A stretch of DNA of 64,000 nucleotides from Anaeramoeba ignava BMAN (taxonomy: Eukaryota; Protista; Anaeramoebae). Every line of letters starts with the position of its first letter. Within the stretch, counting starts at the first letter, position 1. Below, one piece after another: positions 12,919 through 26,194 of this stretch. Made by a program: the position numbers and the translations under genes. Location: contig JAPDFW010000133.1 of the NCBI GenBank assembly GCA_028826165.1, positions 1-64,000 on the forward strand, read 5' to 3'. The notes under the pieces are model-generated. The model did no database searches. It had not been told where the DNA came from and was given only the letters and a program-made list of their open reading frames with translations.

Positions 12919-15142
12919 ATGCAAACTCAAATACAAAATGCAATTACAACACATTTTAATCAACTTGTTCAAGAAAAAGATAATTTAATTAATCTTTTTA
13001 ATGATACTGAAATACAAAAAAGAGAACATGAAGTTGTTGTAAAAGCATTAACTCCACTTGATAAAGCAAGAAAGTGTTTTCGATTAATTGATGATGTTTT
13101 AGTTGAACAAACAGTAGGAGATGTTCTTCCAATTCTTGAAAAAGAATTAGCTGATGTAAATTACAAATTACAAAACACAATTATTTATAAAATTATTTAT
13201 AAAATTATTTATAAAATTAAATATAAAATTAATTATAAAATTAAATATAAAATTATATATAAAATTATTTATAAAATTATTTATAAAATTATTTATAAAA
13301 TTAAATATAAAATTATTTATAAAATTATTTATAAAATTAATTATAAAATTATTTATAAAATTATTTATAAAATTAAATATAAAATTATTTATAAAATTAT
13401 TTATAAAATTAATTATAAAATTAATTATAAAATTATTTATAAAATTATTTATAAAATTATTTATAAAATTATTTATAAAATTATTTATAAAATTAATTAT
13501 AAAATTATTTATAAAATTAAATATAAAATTAATTATAAAATTATTTATAAAATTATTTATAAAATTATTTATAAAATTAAATATAAAATTATTTATAAAA
13601 TTATTTATAAAATTATTTATAAAATTATATATAAAATTAAATATAAAATTAATTATAAAATTATATATAAAATTAATTATAAAATTATTTATAAAATTAA
13701 TTATAAAATTAAATATAAATTTATTTATAAAATTATTTATAAAATTATTTATAAAATTAAATATAAAATTAATTATAAAATTATATATAAAATTAATTAT
13801 AAAATTAATTATAAAATTATTTATAAAATTAATTATAAAATTAAATATAAATTTATTTATAAAATTATTTATAAAATTATATATAAAATTATATATAAAA
13901 TTAATTATAAAATTATTTATAAAATTAAATATAAAATTATTTATAAAATTATTTATAAAATTAATTATAAAATTATTTATAAAATTATTTATAAAATTAA
14001 TTATAAAATTATTTATAAAATTAAATATAAAATTATTTATAAAAATTAAATATAAAATTGAATATAAAATTATTTATAAAATTATTTATAAAATTATATA
14101 TAAAATTATTTATAAAATTAATTATAAAAATTATATATAAAATTATATATTAAATTATTTATAAAATTATTTATAAAATTATATATAAAATTATATATAA
14201 AATTAATTATAAAATTATTTATAAAATTATTTATAAAATTATTTATAAAATTATTTATAAAATTATTTATAAAATTATTTATAAAATTAATTATAAAATT
14301 AAATATAAAATTAAATATAAAATTAAATATAAAATTAAATATAAAATTATTTATAAAATTATTTATAAAATTAATTATAAAATTATTTATAAAATTATTT
14401 ATAAAAATTATTTATAAAATTATTTATAAAATTATTTATAAAATTAATTATAAAATTATTTATAAAATTATTTATAAAATTATTTATAAAATTATTTATA
14501 AAATTATTTATAAAATTATTTATAAAATTATTTATAAAAATTATTTATAAAATTATTTATAAAATTAAATATAAAATTATTTATAAAATTATTTATAAAA
14601 TTAAATATAAAATTATATATAAAATTAAATATAAAATTAAATATAAAATTAATTATAAAATTAATTATAAAATTAATTATAAAATTATTTATAAAATTAT
14701 TTATAAAATTATTTATAAAAATTATTTATAAAATTAAATATAAAATTATTAATAAAATTATTTATAAAATTAAATATAAAATTAAATATAAAATTATTTA
14801 TAAAATTAAATATAAAATTAAATATAAAATTATTTATAAATTTATTTATTAAATTAAATATAAAATTATTTATAAAATTAAATATAAAATTATTTATAAA
14901 TTTATTTATAAAATTATATATAAAATTATTTATAAAATTAATTATAAAATTATTTATAAAATTAGATGGAAAAAACAAAAGAATCACTCCAAAAACAATT
15001 AGAATTAAAATCAAAAGAAGTTGTGGAATTTCAACAAAAACACCATCTCAATTTTGGTGCAATGAAAAATGCACAAAAAAAACCTACAGATGAAAAACCA
15101 AAAGAAAATGAAAAAAAGAAAGAAAGTGGAATTTTGATTTAA
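12919..15142 (+). CDS. PFDN2: Prefoldin subunit 2 (exons 12919-13155, 14966-15142)
   Basis: EHEVVVKALTPLDKARKCFRLIDDVLVEQTVGDVLPIL is the prefoldin-2 signature; GT at 13156, AG at 14965; exon 2 in frame and ends ...SGILI*. Confidence 0.9.
13180..14960. repeat. 12-bp tandem repeat (TATAAAATTATT)n forming almost all of the 1.8-kb prefoldin intron
   Basis: Direct reading; source of the spurious IIYK read-through in ORF 12919-14049. Confidence 0.9.
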
Positions 15143-15280
15143 ATTAAATTTTGATTTAAATTAAATTTTGGTTTAGAAATTCTTTAGAATCATTTGATTT
15201 GATTGAATTTGATTTTTGATTTTAATTTGATTTTTGAAACACAAAAATAAATGGAACTTTTTTTTTTTTCCTTAATTTTT

Positions 15281-18200
15281 TTATTTTTGATTTATTATTG
15301 AATCAAAATCTCTTTCCATTTTTTCTTTTAAAGTTAATCCACTTTTTTTATTTCTTTTTTTTTCTTCTTCTTCAATTCCAATTTGAGATAATAATTCATC
15401 TGCATTTTTTTCTAAATCTTTCATTTTCTCTCTTTTTTTCTTTAAAGGATTTTCAACAACTTGATCCATTTCAAATTCTTTTTGTAAATTTTCATTTTTA
15501 ACTTTTTTCAATTCAAAATCTTTTGATTGATTTTGAAATAATTTTTTCTTTTTGGATTTAAAAAGTAAAAAAAGTGGAACAAAAATCAACAAAGTAAGAA
15601 AAAGAAGAAGAAAGAAAATAAAACAAAAAACTCCCCCAAGTTTAGAATCTCCCCCCATTTTATAAAGAAAAGATCCCAACTTCGAATTCCAAAAACCACT
15701 TGAATCTTCTTGATCTTGTTGAATTTGAAAGAGAAAATCAAAAGAAGAATTGGAAAATTTGCTGTTATTTGACCAACATGATTCCATTTCAATTTCACTT
15801 TCAATTTCACATTGAATCGAAAATGGATATTCAAAAGATGACTCAAAAACAACAATCCAATCAACATATTTCTGGATTTCAGATTGAGAAAAATTAATTG
15901 AATTGGTTTCGTGGAGAATAAGTGAAGAATTGATAAAACAATCAAGACTAAAAACAACACTAACTGGAGAATTGTTGATTTTTACAAGAAATTTAAGTTG
16001 AAATGAATTTTCATTTGATTCTTGATTTGTGTCAAAATTATCAACTTGAATTCCTGAAATACCATCAACAGGAAAATAGGGATCTGCGCGTTGAAACAAA
16101 CATCCATTATAAATAGGAATGATTAGTCCGTTTACTGTTTCATTTTCATAAGTGATATTCCATAAAGGAAGTGAATTTTGACTTATATCCAATTCACATT
16201 CAATTTTGGCATCTTCATCCAAACTAGATTCATAATCCACTTCAAAAACCAAACTGGATTTACTATTTGAGGAAATATTCATTTGCTTTGGATTGTCAGG
16301 ATTGATTACCAAATCCGAATTATTGCAGCTCAAATATCCAACAATCATCCCACTAACTTCGCCATTGTTTTCAATTTGAAACTCAATTGTTGCTTTTTTA
16401 AAGTTGTTTGAATCAGTTATTAAAGAGAAGTTTTCCTTCGAGAAATTGGAAATTTGAGGCAAAAAGAAAAAGAAAGAAATGAAGAATTCACACCAAAGAG
16501 TAATGACATCGATCCAACATTTTCTGGCTGGAAAACAAGTGATTGATTATCTGATCCAAAACGTATCCTTTGAACAACACTGTTATTCCAAAGATTTGTG
16601 TTGAAATTCTCAATTTTTTTAACTGTGATGTTATCAAAATTATTATGAACAAAATATGAAGCTGAAAATTTCAATCCTGATCCTTGCTCTTGCATACAAA
16701 AATCATTTTGATTAATAAAAACATCCATTAAAACACCAATAGAATCAAGTGAATCATTGAAATACTGCTGGTTCACAAACCGCCATCTGGATAAATTGTT
16801 GCGATCCATAGAATCATAAAGATCATAATTTTCAACAAACAATCGATCATTTTGAATTGATTTAAAATTAGGAACAATTTCATCAAAATTCAAAACAGAG
16901 ATGTTCACATATTGATCTTGATAAAACGGTTCTGAAGACAAATTGAAAGAGGAGTTGAATTGTGAACCGATTGAAAAATCAATTGATTTATTTTGATCAA
17001 CAATTCGATCTTGAAGAGAAAAATTATAAGAAGAAAAAATTGTTGTCAAATCAACTCCCAACATATGAAGTTGTCCATTTTGGCAGAATGGACACATCAT
17101 GTTTCTTAAAGATCCCATCGGGCAATTCACTCCATGGACTTCGGGTTCTTTGTAATAAAACCAACTCTTGTTTGATCTGTATTCTCCGATCGAAAAACTC
17201 AGATAAATTATCGAATCATTATCAGTTTTGTTTGTGAATTTTCCCAGCCAGTAAGTTCCGCTTTGATAAACCTCCTCAACTGATTCAGGATCTCCAATTT
17301 CTAAAGGTCGAAAATATCCAAGATTCATGTCAAAAATCTCAAGATTAAATGATCCTTCTTTGTGCAAATCAAATATCATTTCGGCTCTTTTTTCTGTTAT
17401 TTCTTGTTGAATAGTCTCTACTCCTTCTGGTGAATTTCCTTCTGTGTATTCAATTAAGTTCTCATGCTCGCCTGCCTTCATAATTGGAACTATTATTTCA
17501 GCTTCTCCATTTATCAAAAAATTCATACTAATTTCATTTTCAAGTGAATATTCTTCTGAATTTACTTCAAATTTTTTAATGATAATCTTTTTTTCCGTTG
17601 GAAATGAATCTGAAATATCAATATCTGCAGTAATCTCTAAAATCCATTCTTCATTATTTATATAATTTACGATAATTTCTTGTAATCCATAATTTTGTTT
17701 TGGTTTTTTGTCTTGAATTGTAAAATTTAATTCTGTAAATTTTGAACAGAAATTTGGAGGATTTGGTTGAGTAATAGTATCTAAAAGAAGAGGTAAAGTT
17801 GAGTATTGAATAAATCCTGTCCACTATTAAATTATAAAAATCAAAAAATTTAAAAAAAAGTGGAATAAAAAAAAGTGGAATAAAAAAGTGGAATAAAAAA
17901 AATTTTTTTTTATAATTACTTCAATTGAATGATGTTGATTTGTTGTTTCAGAATCAAAAATCCTTAAAGAAGTAAATAATTCAAATAAATGATTCATTTC
18001 TAAATTTATAAATTTAACTCCAATTTTATTATTTGTTTCATAATTTGTTGCTTCATTTGGAACAATAATTTCAGATGAATTTAAATCCAAAAGAAACTAA
18101 AAAAAAAAATTAATTCAAAAAAAAAATTAATTCAAAAAAAATTAATTCAAAAAAAAAATTAAAATAATTTACAATCGAATGATCTGCATAAAAAACTGGA

Positions 18201-18526
18201 ATCCCTAAAAGTAAATCAGTTAAAAATTTTGAATCTTCATTTGAATAATCACTCAAATTTGAAAAACCTGCTCCTGTTTTAATTCTTTTCAATTTATTTA
18301 TCAAAAAATTATTTTTTAAGTTGTTGAATTTATTTCTTGTTTTTGTTTTTTTTGGAAAAATTTTTTACTTTGATTTTTCACTTATTGAAATGTTTATTTG
18401 CATTTCTGAATTTGAGAAACCAAATCCATTTTCTGGTGAAAATTCAAGTGAAATACAACCATCTGTTAAAAATGTTTGATTTTCAACTTTCAATAATAAA
18501 AGAATTAAAATTATTATCATTTTCAT
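15281..18526 (-). CDS. Divergent HAP2/GCS1-like (fusexin) type I membrane protein; several 5' introns and one frameshift near 16455
   Basis: Signal peptide MKMIIILILLLLKVE from ATG 18526; HAP2-like block NLSRWRFVNQQYFNDSLDSIGVLMDVFINQNDFCMQEQGSGL; domain III-like ATIEFQIENNGEVSG...LSC...LVFEV...IECEL; second Ig-like repeat; TM helix GGVFCFIFFLLLFLTLLIFVPLFLLF; polybasic KSKKKK. Confidence 0.65.
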
Positions 18527-18639
18527 TTTTAATCAAAAATTGAGAAAGAAAAATAAATTTTTTTTTTAAAGATCAAAAAAAGATTTGCCTTTTTTTTTTT
18601 GATCAATTTGATCTTTTTTAATTTTTTCTTTTTTAATAA

Positions 18640-18858
18640 TAAGAAGTGGATTATTTAAAAATGTTTCAATTAAATATTAAAGATCCAATTGATCAAGTTC
18701 AAGATTATTCAAGAAAATCATTTTCAACATTAAATCAATTAATATATTTCTTTTATCATGATGAATTTGATAAAACAAAAGAAATTCCAAAAGAATTAAA
18801 AGAAGAATTTAAAGAATTAAAAGATTTTTATCAATTAAATCCAAATTCAAATTTTTAA
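18640..18858 (+). pseudogene. 3' remnant of an ANK-BTB family gene (end of the second BTB domain)
   Basis: MFQLNIKDPIDQVQDYSRKSFSTLNQLIYFFYHDEF...KDFYQLNPNS closely matches the C-terminus of ORF 23666-25192. Confidence 0.75.
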
Positions 18859-19017
18859 ATTCAAAATAAAAAAAAGGAGAAAAAAAAAAAGGAGAATAAA
18901 AAAAAAAAAAGCAAAAAAAAGGAAAAATAAGAATTAAATAAAAAAAAAAAAGGAAAAATAAAAATAAAAATAAAAATATTTTTTTTTCATTTTTTTCATT
19001 TCATTTTTTTTCTTAAA

Positions 19018-22000
19018 ATGAATCAAAAAGTTTTATTTCAAGATTTATTAAGTGCATGTCAATATAATTCATTTGAATCAGTTAAATTTCACATTTCAAA
19101 AGGAATCAATGTTAATATTTCCAATAATTTTAATGAAACACCATTACATTTAATTTGCCAAAATATAAATCCAGAATCATTTGAAATTATCAAATTTCTT
19201 GTTTCAAATGGAGCAGATATTAATGCCAAAACTTATCATAATGAAACACCATTACATTTTGTTTGTCAAAATCGAAAATTAAGTGAAAATTCAGATGAAA
19301 TTATCAAATTTCTTGTTTCTAAAGGAGCAGATATTAATGTCAAAATGCAAAATAATGAAACAATTCTACATTTAATTTGTCAAAGTCCAAATCCAAAATC
19401 ATTTGAAATTATTAAATTTCTTATTGAAAACGGAGCAGATATTAATGCCAAAACTTATGAAGATGAAACATCATTACATTTTGCTTGTCAAAGTCCAAAT
19501 CCAAATTCATTTGAAATTATCAAATTTCTTGTTTCAAATGGAGAAAATGTCAAAATCAAAACAAATAATAATGAAACACCATTACATTTTGCTTGTCAAA
19601 GTTCAAATCCAAATTCATTTGAAATTATCAAATTTCTTGTTTCAAAAGGATTAGATGTTAATGCCAAAACAAATCAAAATGAAACACCATTGCATTTAAT
19701 TTGCCAAAATCCAAATCCAAAATCATTTGAAATTATTAAATTTCTTATTGAAAACGGAGCAGATATTAATGCCAAAACGAATAATAATGAAACACCATTA
19801 CATTTTGCTTGTCAAAGTTCAAATCCAAATTCAATTGAAACTATCAAATTTCTTATTGAAAAAGGATTAGATTCTAGTTATAAAACAAATAGAAATTGCA
19901 CAGCATTACATTTTGCTTGTCAAAGTCCAAATCCAAATTCAATAGAAATTATCAAGCTTCTCGTTTCAAAAGGATTAGATATTAATGCCAAAACAAATAC
20001 TAATGAAACACCATTACATTTTGCTTGTCAAAGTTCAAATCCAAATTCGATTGAAATTATCAAATTTCTTGTTTCAAAAGGATTAGATGTTAATGCCAAA
20101 ACAAATAATAATGAAACACCATTACATTTTGCTTGTCAAAGTCCAAATCCAAATTCAAATGAAATTATCAAATTTCTTGTTTCAAAAGGAGCAAATATTA
20201 ATGCCAAAACAAATAATAATGAAACACCATTACATTTTGCTTGTCAAAATTCAAATCCAAATTCAATAGAAATTATCAAATTTCTTGTTTCACAAGGATT
20301 AGATGTTAATGAAAAAACAAATCAAAATCAAACACCGTTACATTTTGTTTGTGAAAGTGAAAATCCAAATTCAAATGAAATTATCAAATTACTTGTTGAA
20401 AACGGAGCAGATGTTAATATAATCTCGCATAACAATAACCAAACACCATTACATTTTGTTTGTCAAAGTTCAAATACAAAGTCAAATGAGATGATCAAAT
20501 TTCTTATTGAAAATGGAGCAGATGTTAATGCCAAAACTTATGTAAAGCAAACACCATTACATATAGTTTGCCAATATCAAAATCAATTAGAGTTTCCATT
20601 CCAAAATGAAAATGAAAATGAAAATGAAAATGAAAATCCTAAATTATTTGAGTCGATCAAACTTCTTGTTTCAAAAGGAGCAAATGTGAATGATAAAACA
20701 AATTATAATGAAACAGCATTACATTTTATTTGCCAAAGTAAAAACTCAAATTTATATGAAATTATCAAATTTCTTGTTGCAAATGGAGCAAACATTAATG
20801 ACAAAACATCTCGTGATATGACTCCTTTGCATTTTGCTTGTAAAAATCGAAACAAAAATTCAGCGGAAATTATTAAGTTTCTTGTTGAAAATGGAGCTGA
20901 TGTTAATGAAAGAACGGAAAATAATGAAACTCCATTACATTTTATTTGCAAAAATCTCAACTCAGTTGAAATTATCAAATTTCTTGTTTCAAACGGAGCA
21001 GATGCTAATGAAAAAACAAACAATAATGAAACAGCTTTGCATTTAATTTGCAGAAATCTAAATGAAAATTCAATGGAAATTATCAAATTTCTTGTTGAAA
21101 AGGGATTAGATATTAATGCCAAAACAATCAAGAATGAAAGTCTATTGCATTTAATTTGTGAGAATCCAAATGAAAATTCAAAGGAAATTATCAAATTTCT
21201 CATTTCGCAAGGATTAGATATTAATGAGGAAACAAATTATAATCAGACCCCTTTACATATTGCTTTTACTCATGGATACTCGCTTCAAATGATTGATTTT
21301 CTTATTGAAAACGGTGCAGATATTAATAAGAAAACAACAGAAAAAGCACAAACAGAATTACATTTAATTTGCCAAAATATAAATGAAAATTCATTTGAAA
21401 CCATCAAATTTCTTGTTGAAAAAGGTTTAAATGTGAATGAGAAAACAGATGAAAACAATACTCCTTTACATTTAATTTGTCAAAATATATTTGGGAACGA
21501 AAATTTGTTTCAAATCATCAAATTTCTAGTTGAAAAGGGAGCAAATGTGAATGAGAAAACAAATAGAAACCAGTCACCTTTGCAGTTAATTTGCCAAAAC
21601 CCATATATAAATGAAAAATTATTTGAAATTATCAAAATTCTTGTTGAAAATGGAGCTGATGCTAATATCAAAACATACCAAAATGAAACTCCTTTACATT
21701 TAATTTGCCAAAATGAAACTGAAAATTTAAGTTTAATTGAAACTATCAAATTTCTTATTGAAAAAGGTTTAAATGTGAATGATAAAACAAATAGAAATGA
21801 AGCACCTTTACATTTGGTTTGTAGAAACCCAATTCTCAAGCAAAATTTATTTGAAATTGTCAAGTTTCTTGTTTCAAATGGAGCAAATGTTAATGATAAA
21901 ACAAACCAAAATGAAACAGCTTTGCATTTAATTTGCCAAAATCAAAATCCAAACCATGATTCAGTTGAAATTATTAAATTTCTTGTTTCAAAAGGAGCGA

Positions 22001-24553
22001 ATGTTAATGATAAAACAACTCATAACCAAACACCATTGCAGTTAATTTGCCAAAGTTCAATATTAAATTCATATTCTTTTAAAATTGCCAACTTTCTTAT
22101 TGAAAATGGAGCAAATGTGAATCATAAAACAAATCAGAATCTATCACTTTTACATTTAATTTTGCAAAATCAAAATCTAAATGAAAATTCATTTAAAATT
22201 ATCCAACTTCTTGTTTCCAAAGGAATAGATATTAATGATAAAACAGATCAAAACGAAACACCTTTACATTTAATTTGTCAAAACAAAAATCAAAATCCAA
22301 ATTTATTTCATTCTCAAAATTTCGAACAATATCTAAATCTAAATGAATATTCTCTTGAAATTATCAAATTTCTTGTTTCACAAGGATTAGATGTTAATGA
22401 TAAAACAATTTATAATCAAACATCTTTACATTTAATTTGTTCAAACCCAAACCCAAATCCAAATTCAATTGAAATTATCAAATTTCTTGTTTCACAAGGA
22501 TTAGATGTTAATGATAAAACAATTTATAATCAAACATCTTTACATTTTATTTGTGGAAACCCAAATCAAAATGAAAATTTAATTGAAATTATCAAATTTC
22601 TTGTTTCAAAAGGAATAGATGTTAATGATAAAACAAATCAAAACCAATCACCTTTACATTTAATTTGCCAAAATCCAAATATAAATCCATATTCAATAGA
22701 GATTATCAAATTTCTTGTTTCAAAAGGAGCAAATATTAACGATAAAACAAATCAAAATGAAACTCCTTTACATTTAATTTGTGCAAATCAAAATCTAAAC
22801 TTAAATCCAAATTCAGTTGAGATTATCAAATTTCTTGTTTCAAAAGGAGCTAATGTTAATGATAAACCAATTTATAATCAAACTCCTTTACATTTGATTT
22901 GTCGAAATCCAAATATAAATGAAAATTCAGTTGAAATTATCAAATTTCTTGTTTCAAACGGAGCAAATGTTAATGATAAAACAAACCAAAATGAAACATC
23001 TTTACATTTAATTTGCCAAAATCAAAATCCAAACCATGATTCAGTTGAAATTATTAAATTTCTTGTTTCAAAAGGAGCAAATATGAATATAAAAAGAATA
23101 GATAACCAAACAGCTCTACATTTAATTTGCAGTAATACGAATATAAATGAAAATATGTTTGATATTATCCAAATTCTTGTTTCAAATGGAGCAAAAGTTA
23201 ATGATAAAACAGATCAAAATGAATCATCTTTACATTTAATTTGTAAAAACAAGATCAATTCAATTTTATTTAAAATTATTAAATTTCTTGTTTCAAAAGG
23301 AGCAAATGTTAATTCTAGAACAAATCCAAATGAAACACCTTTACATTTAATTTGGCAAAATTTGTCTCACAGAAATAACTATTTACAATATACATCACCA
23401 AATATAGATTTAAATACTAATCAAATTAAAAATCAAGATGGAAATGGAATTGAAATCATTAATTTTCTCATTTCAAATGGAGCAAATATTAATGCTAAAA
23501 ATAGCAAACAAAAAACACTTTTACATTTAATTTGTCAAAACCAAAACTTAAACCAAAATTCAGTTGAAATTACCAAACTTCTTGTTTCAAAAGGAGCAAA
23601 TGTTAATGATAAAACAAATCAAAATGAAACTCCTTTACATTTAATTTGTCAAAACCAAAACTTAAATGAAAATTCAATCGAAATTATCAAAATTTCTTGT
23701 TAAAAACGAGGCAAATGTGAATGATAAAACAAATAAAAATGAAACACCTTTGCATTTAATTTGTCAAAATCAAATCCCAAATCCAAATTCATTTGAAATT
23801 ATCAAATTTCTTGTTTCAAATGGAGCAAATGTCAAAATCAAAACAAATAATAATGAAGCACCATTACATTTGATATGTATAAAAGATCCAAATCCAAAAT
23901 CAGTTGAAATTATCAAATTTCTTATTTTAAATGGAGCAAATGTTAATTCCAAATCAAATCAAAATGAAACACCTTTACATTTAATTTGCCAAAATCAAAT
24001 CCAAAATGAAAATTCAATAGAAATTATCAAATTTCTTGTTTCAAATGGAGCTGATATCAATATAAAAACAATATATAACGAAACACCTTTTGATATTGCA
24101 TCTAAAACAAAAAATCAAGAAATTATTCAAATTTTATTTATGAATGATCTCATTCTTTTTGATTTTAGAAAATATTTGAAAATTCAAAAACAATTTAATA
24201 TTGCAAATTTCAATCAAATTTATTCATTTAATGAAGATTTAAACAATTTATTAAAATCAAATGATAAATTTACAGATTTTGAAATTGAATGTAAAGATTC
24301 TTTCAAATTTAAAGTTCACAAATTAATTTTATTAACAAGATTTGATAATGATGAAACTATTTTAGAAAAATTCAGAAATTTTTGTAAAGAAAAAACAAAA
24401 GAAGAAGTTGAAATTGCATTAAATTTCATTTATACTGGATTATTTGATTTTGAATTACTTTATCAACTTATCGATCAAATTCAAAACAAAAACAAAAACA
24501 AAAACAGAAACAGAAACAGAAACAGAAACAGAAACAGAAAAAGAAAAGAAATG

Positions 24554-24591
<38 letters not shown>

Positions 24592-25192
24592 AAGTAAAAG
24601 TAAAAGTAAAAGTAAAAGTAAAAGTAAAAGTAAAAGTAAAAGTAAAAGTAAAAGTAAAAGTAAAAGTAAAAGTAAAATCAAAAGTAAAATCAAAAGTAAA
24701 GGACACAAGAAATCGAGAAAGAACCAAAATGAAATTAAGATTAAACAATGGAAGAAAAAAGAAAAACAAAACAAACAATTTTTCCAAGAATTTGGATTTG
24801 ATTTAAAATGGATTGAAATCAAAAAAGGAAGAAAAGGAATATTAAAAGATTTTCATCAATTATATCAAAAAGAAGAATCAAAAAATTTTAAAATTATTTA
24901 TTCAGAAAAAGAAAATGAAAATCAAAATGAAAATGAAATTAAAATTCATAAATTAATTTTAATGTTAAGAAGTAGATTATTTAAAACAATGTTTCTGAGT
25001 ATTCAAGATCCAATTAATCAAGTTCAAGATTATTCAGGAAAATCATTTTCAACATTAAATCAATTAATATATTTCTTTTATCATGATGAATTTAATTATA
25101 ATATGAGAATGAATTTTAATTTTATTGAAGAATTTCAAGATTTAAAAGATTTTTATCAATTAAATCCAAATTCAAATCCAATTTTCAAATAA
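19018..25192 (+). CDS. Ankyrin-repeat (about 45 repeats) + tandem BTB/POZ protein; one-base frameshift near 23690
   Basis: 36-38 aa repeats NETPLHLIC...EIIKFLVSKGANVN; extra A in attatcaaaatttctt versus the repeat consensus attatcaaatttctt; BTB motifs FTDFEIEC...FKVHKLILLTR and IKIHKLILMLRSRLFKTMF. Confidence 0.9.
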
Positions 25193-25229
25193 ACAACAAA
25201 TTAATCAAATAAAAAACGAATTAATCAAA

Positions 25230-26180
25230 TTTTTGATTTTGTTTTTTATTTTGATTTTGATTTTGAATTTGATTTTGATTTTGATTTTAATTTTAATTTT
25301 AATTTTGATTTTGATTTTGATTTTGATTTTGATTTTAATTTTGATTTTGATTTTGTTTTTTATTTTAATTTTGATTTTTAATTTTGATTTTGATTTTGAT
25401 TTTAATTTTAATTTTGATTTTAATTTTAATTTTGATTTTAATTTTGATTTTGATTTTGATTTTAATTTTGATTTTAATTTTAATTTTGATTTTTGATTTT
25501 GATTTTGATTTTGATTTTGATTTTGATTTTGATTTTGATTTTGATTTTGATTTTGATTTTGATTTTGATTTTGATTTTTTTTTGATTTTTAATTTTGATT
25601 TTTGATTTTTAATTTTGATTTTGATTTTGATTTTGATTTTTTGATTTTGATTTTGATTTTGATTTTAATTTTAATTTTAATTTTGATTTTGATTTTGATT
25701 TTGATTTTGATTTTTTTGATTTTGATTTTGATTTTGATTTTAATTTTGATTTTGATTTTGATTTTAATTTTAATTTTTATTTTTATTTTAATTTTGATTT
25801 TGATTTTTGATTTTAATTTTGATTTTGATTTTGATTTTGATTTTGATTTTAATTTTGATTTTGATTTTAATTTTGATTTTTAATTTTGATTTTGATTTTG
25901 ATTTTGATTTTAATTTTGATTTTGATTTTGAATTTTGATTTTGATTTTGATTTTGATTTTGATTTTGATTTTAATTTTCATTTTAATTTTGATTTTGATT
26001 TTGATTTTGATTTTGATTTTGATTTTGATTTTGATTTTGATTTTGATTTTGATTTTAATTTTGATTTTGATTTTAATTTTGATTTTAATTTTAATTTTGA
26101 TTTTGGATTTTAATTTTAATTTTGATTTTGATTTTAATTTTGATTTTGATTTTGATTTTGATTTTGATTTTGATTTTGGA
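25230..26180. repeat. (GATTTT/AATTTT)n microsatellite between convergent genes; shorter counterpart at about 27740-28000
   Basis: Direct reading. Confidence 0.9.
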
Positions 26181-26194
26181 TTTCAAAAAAAAAA

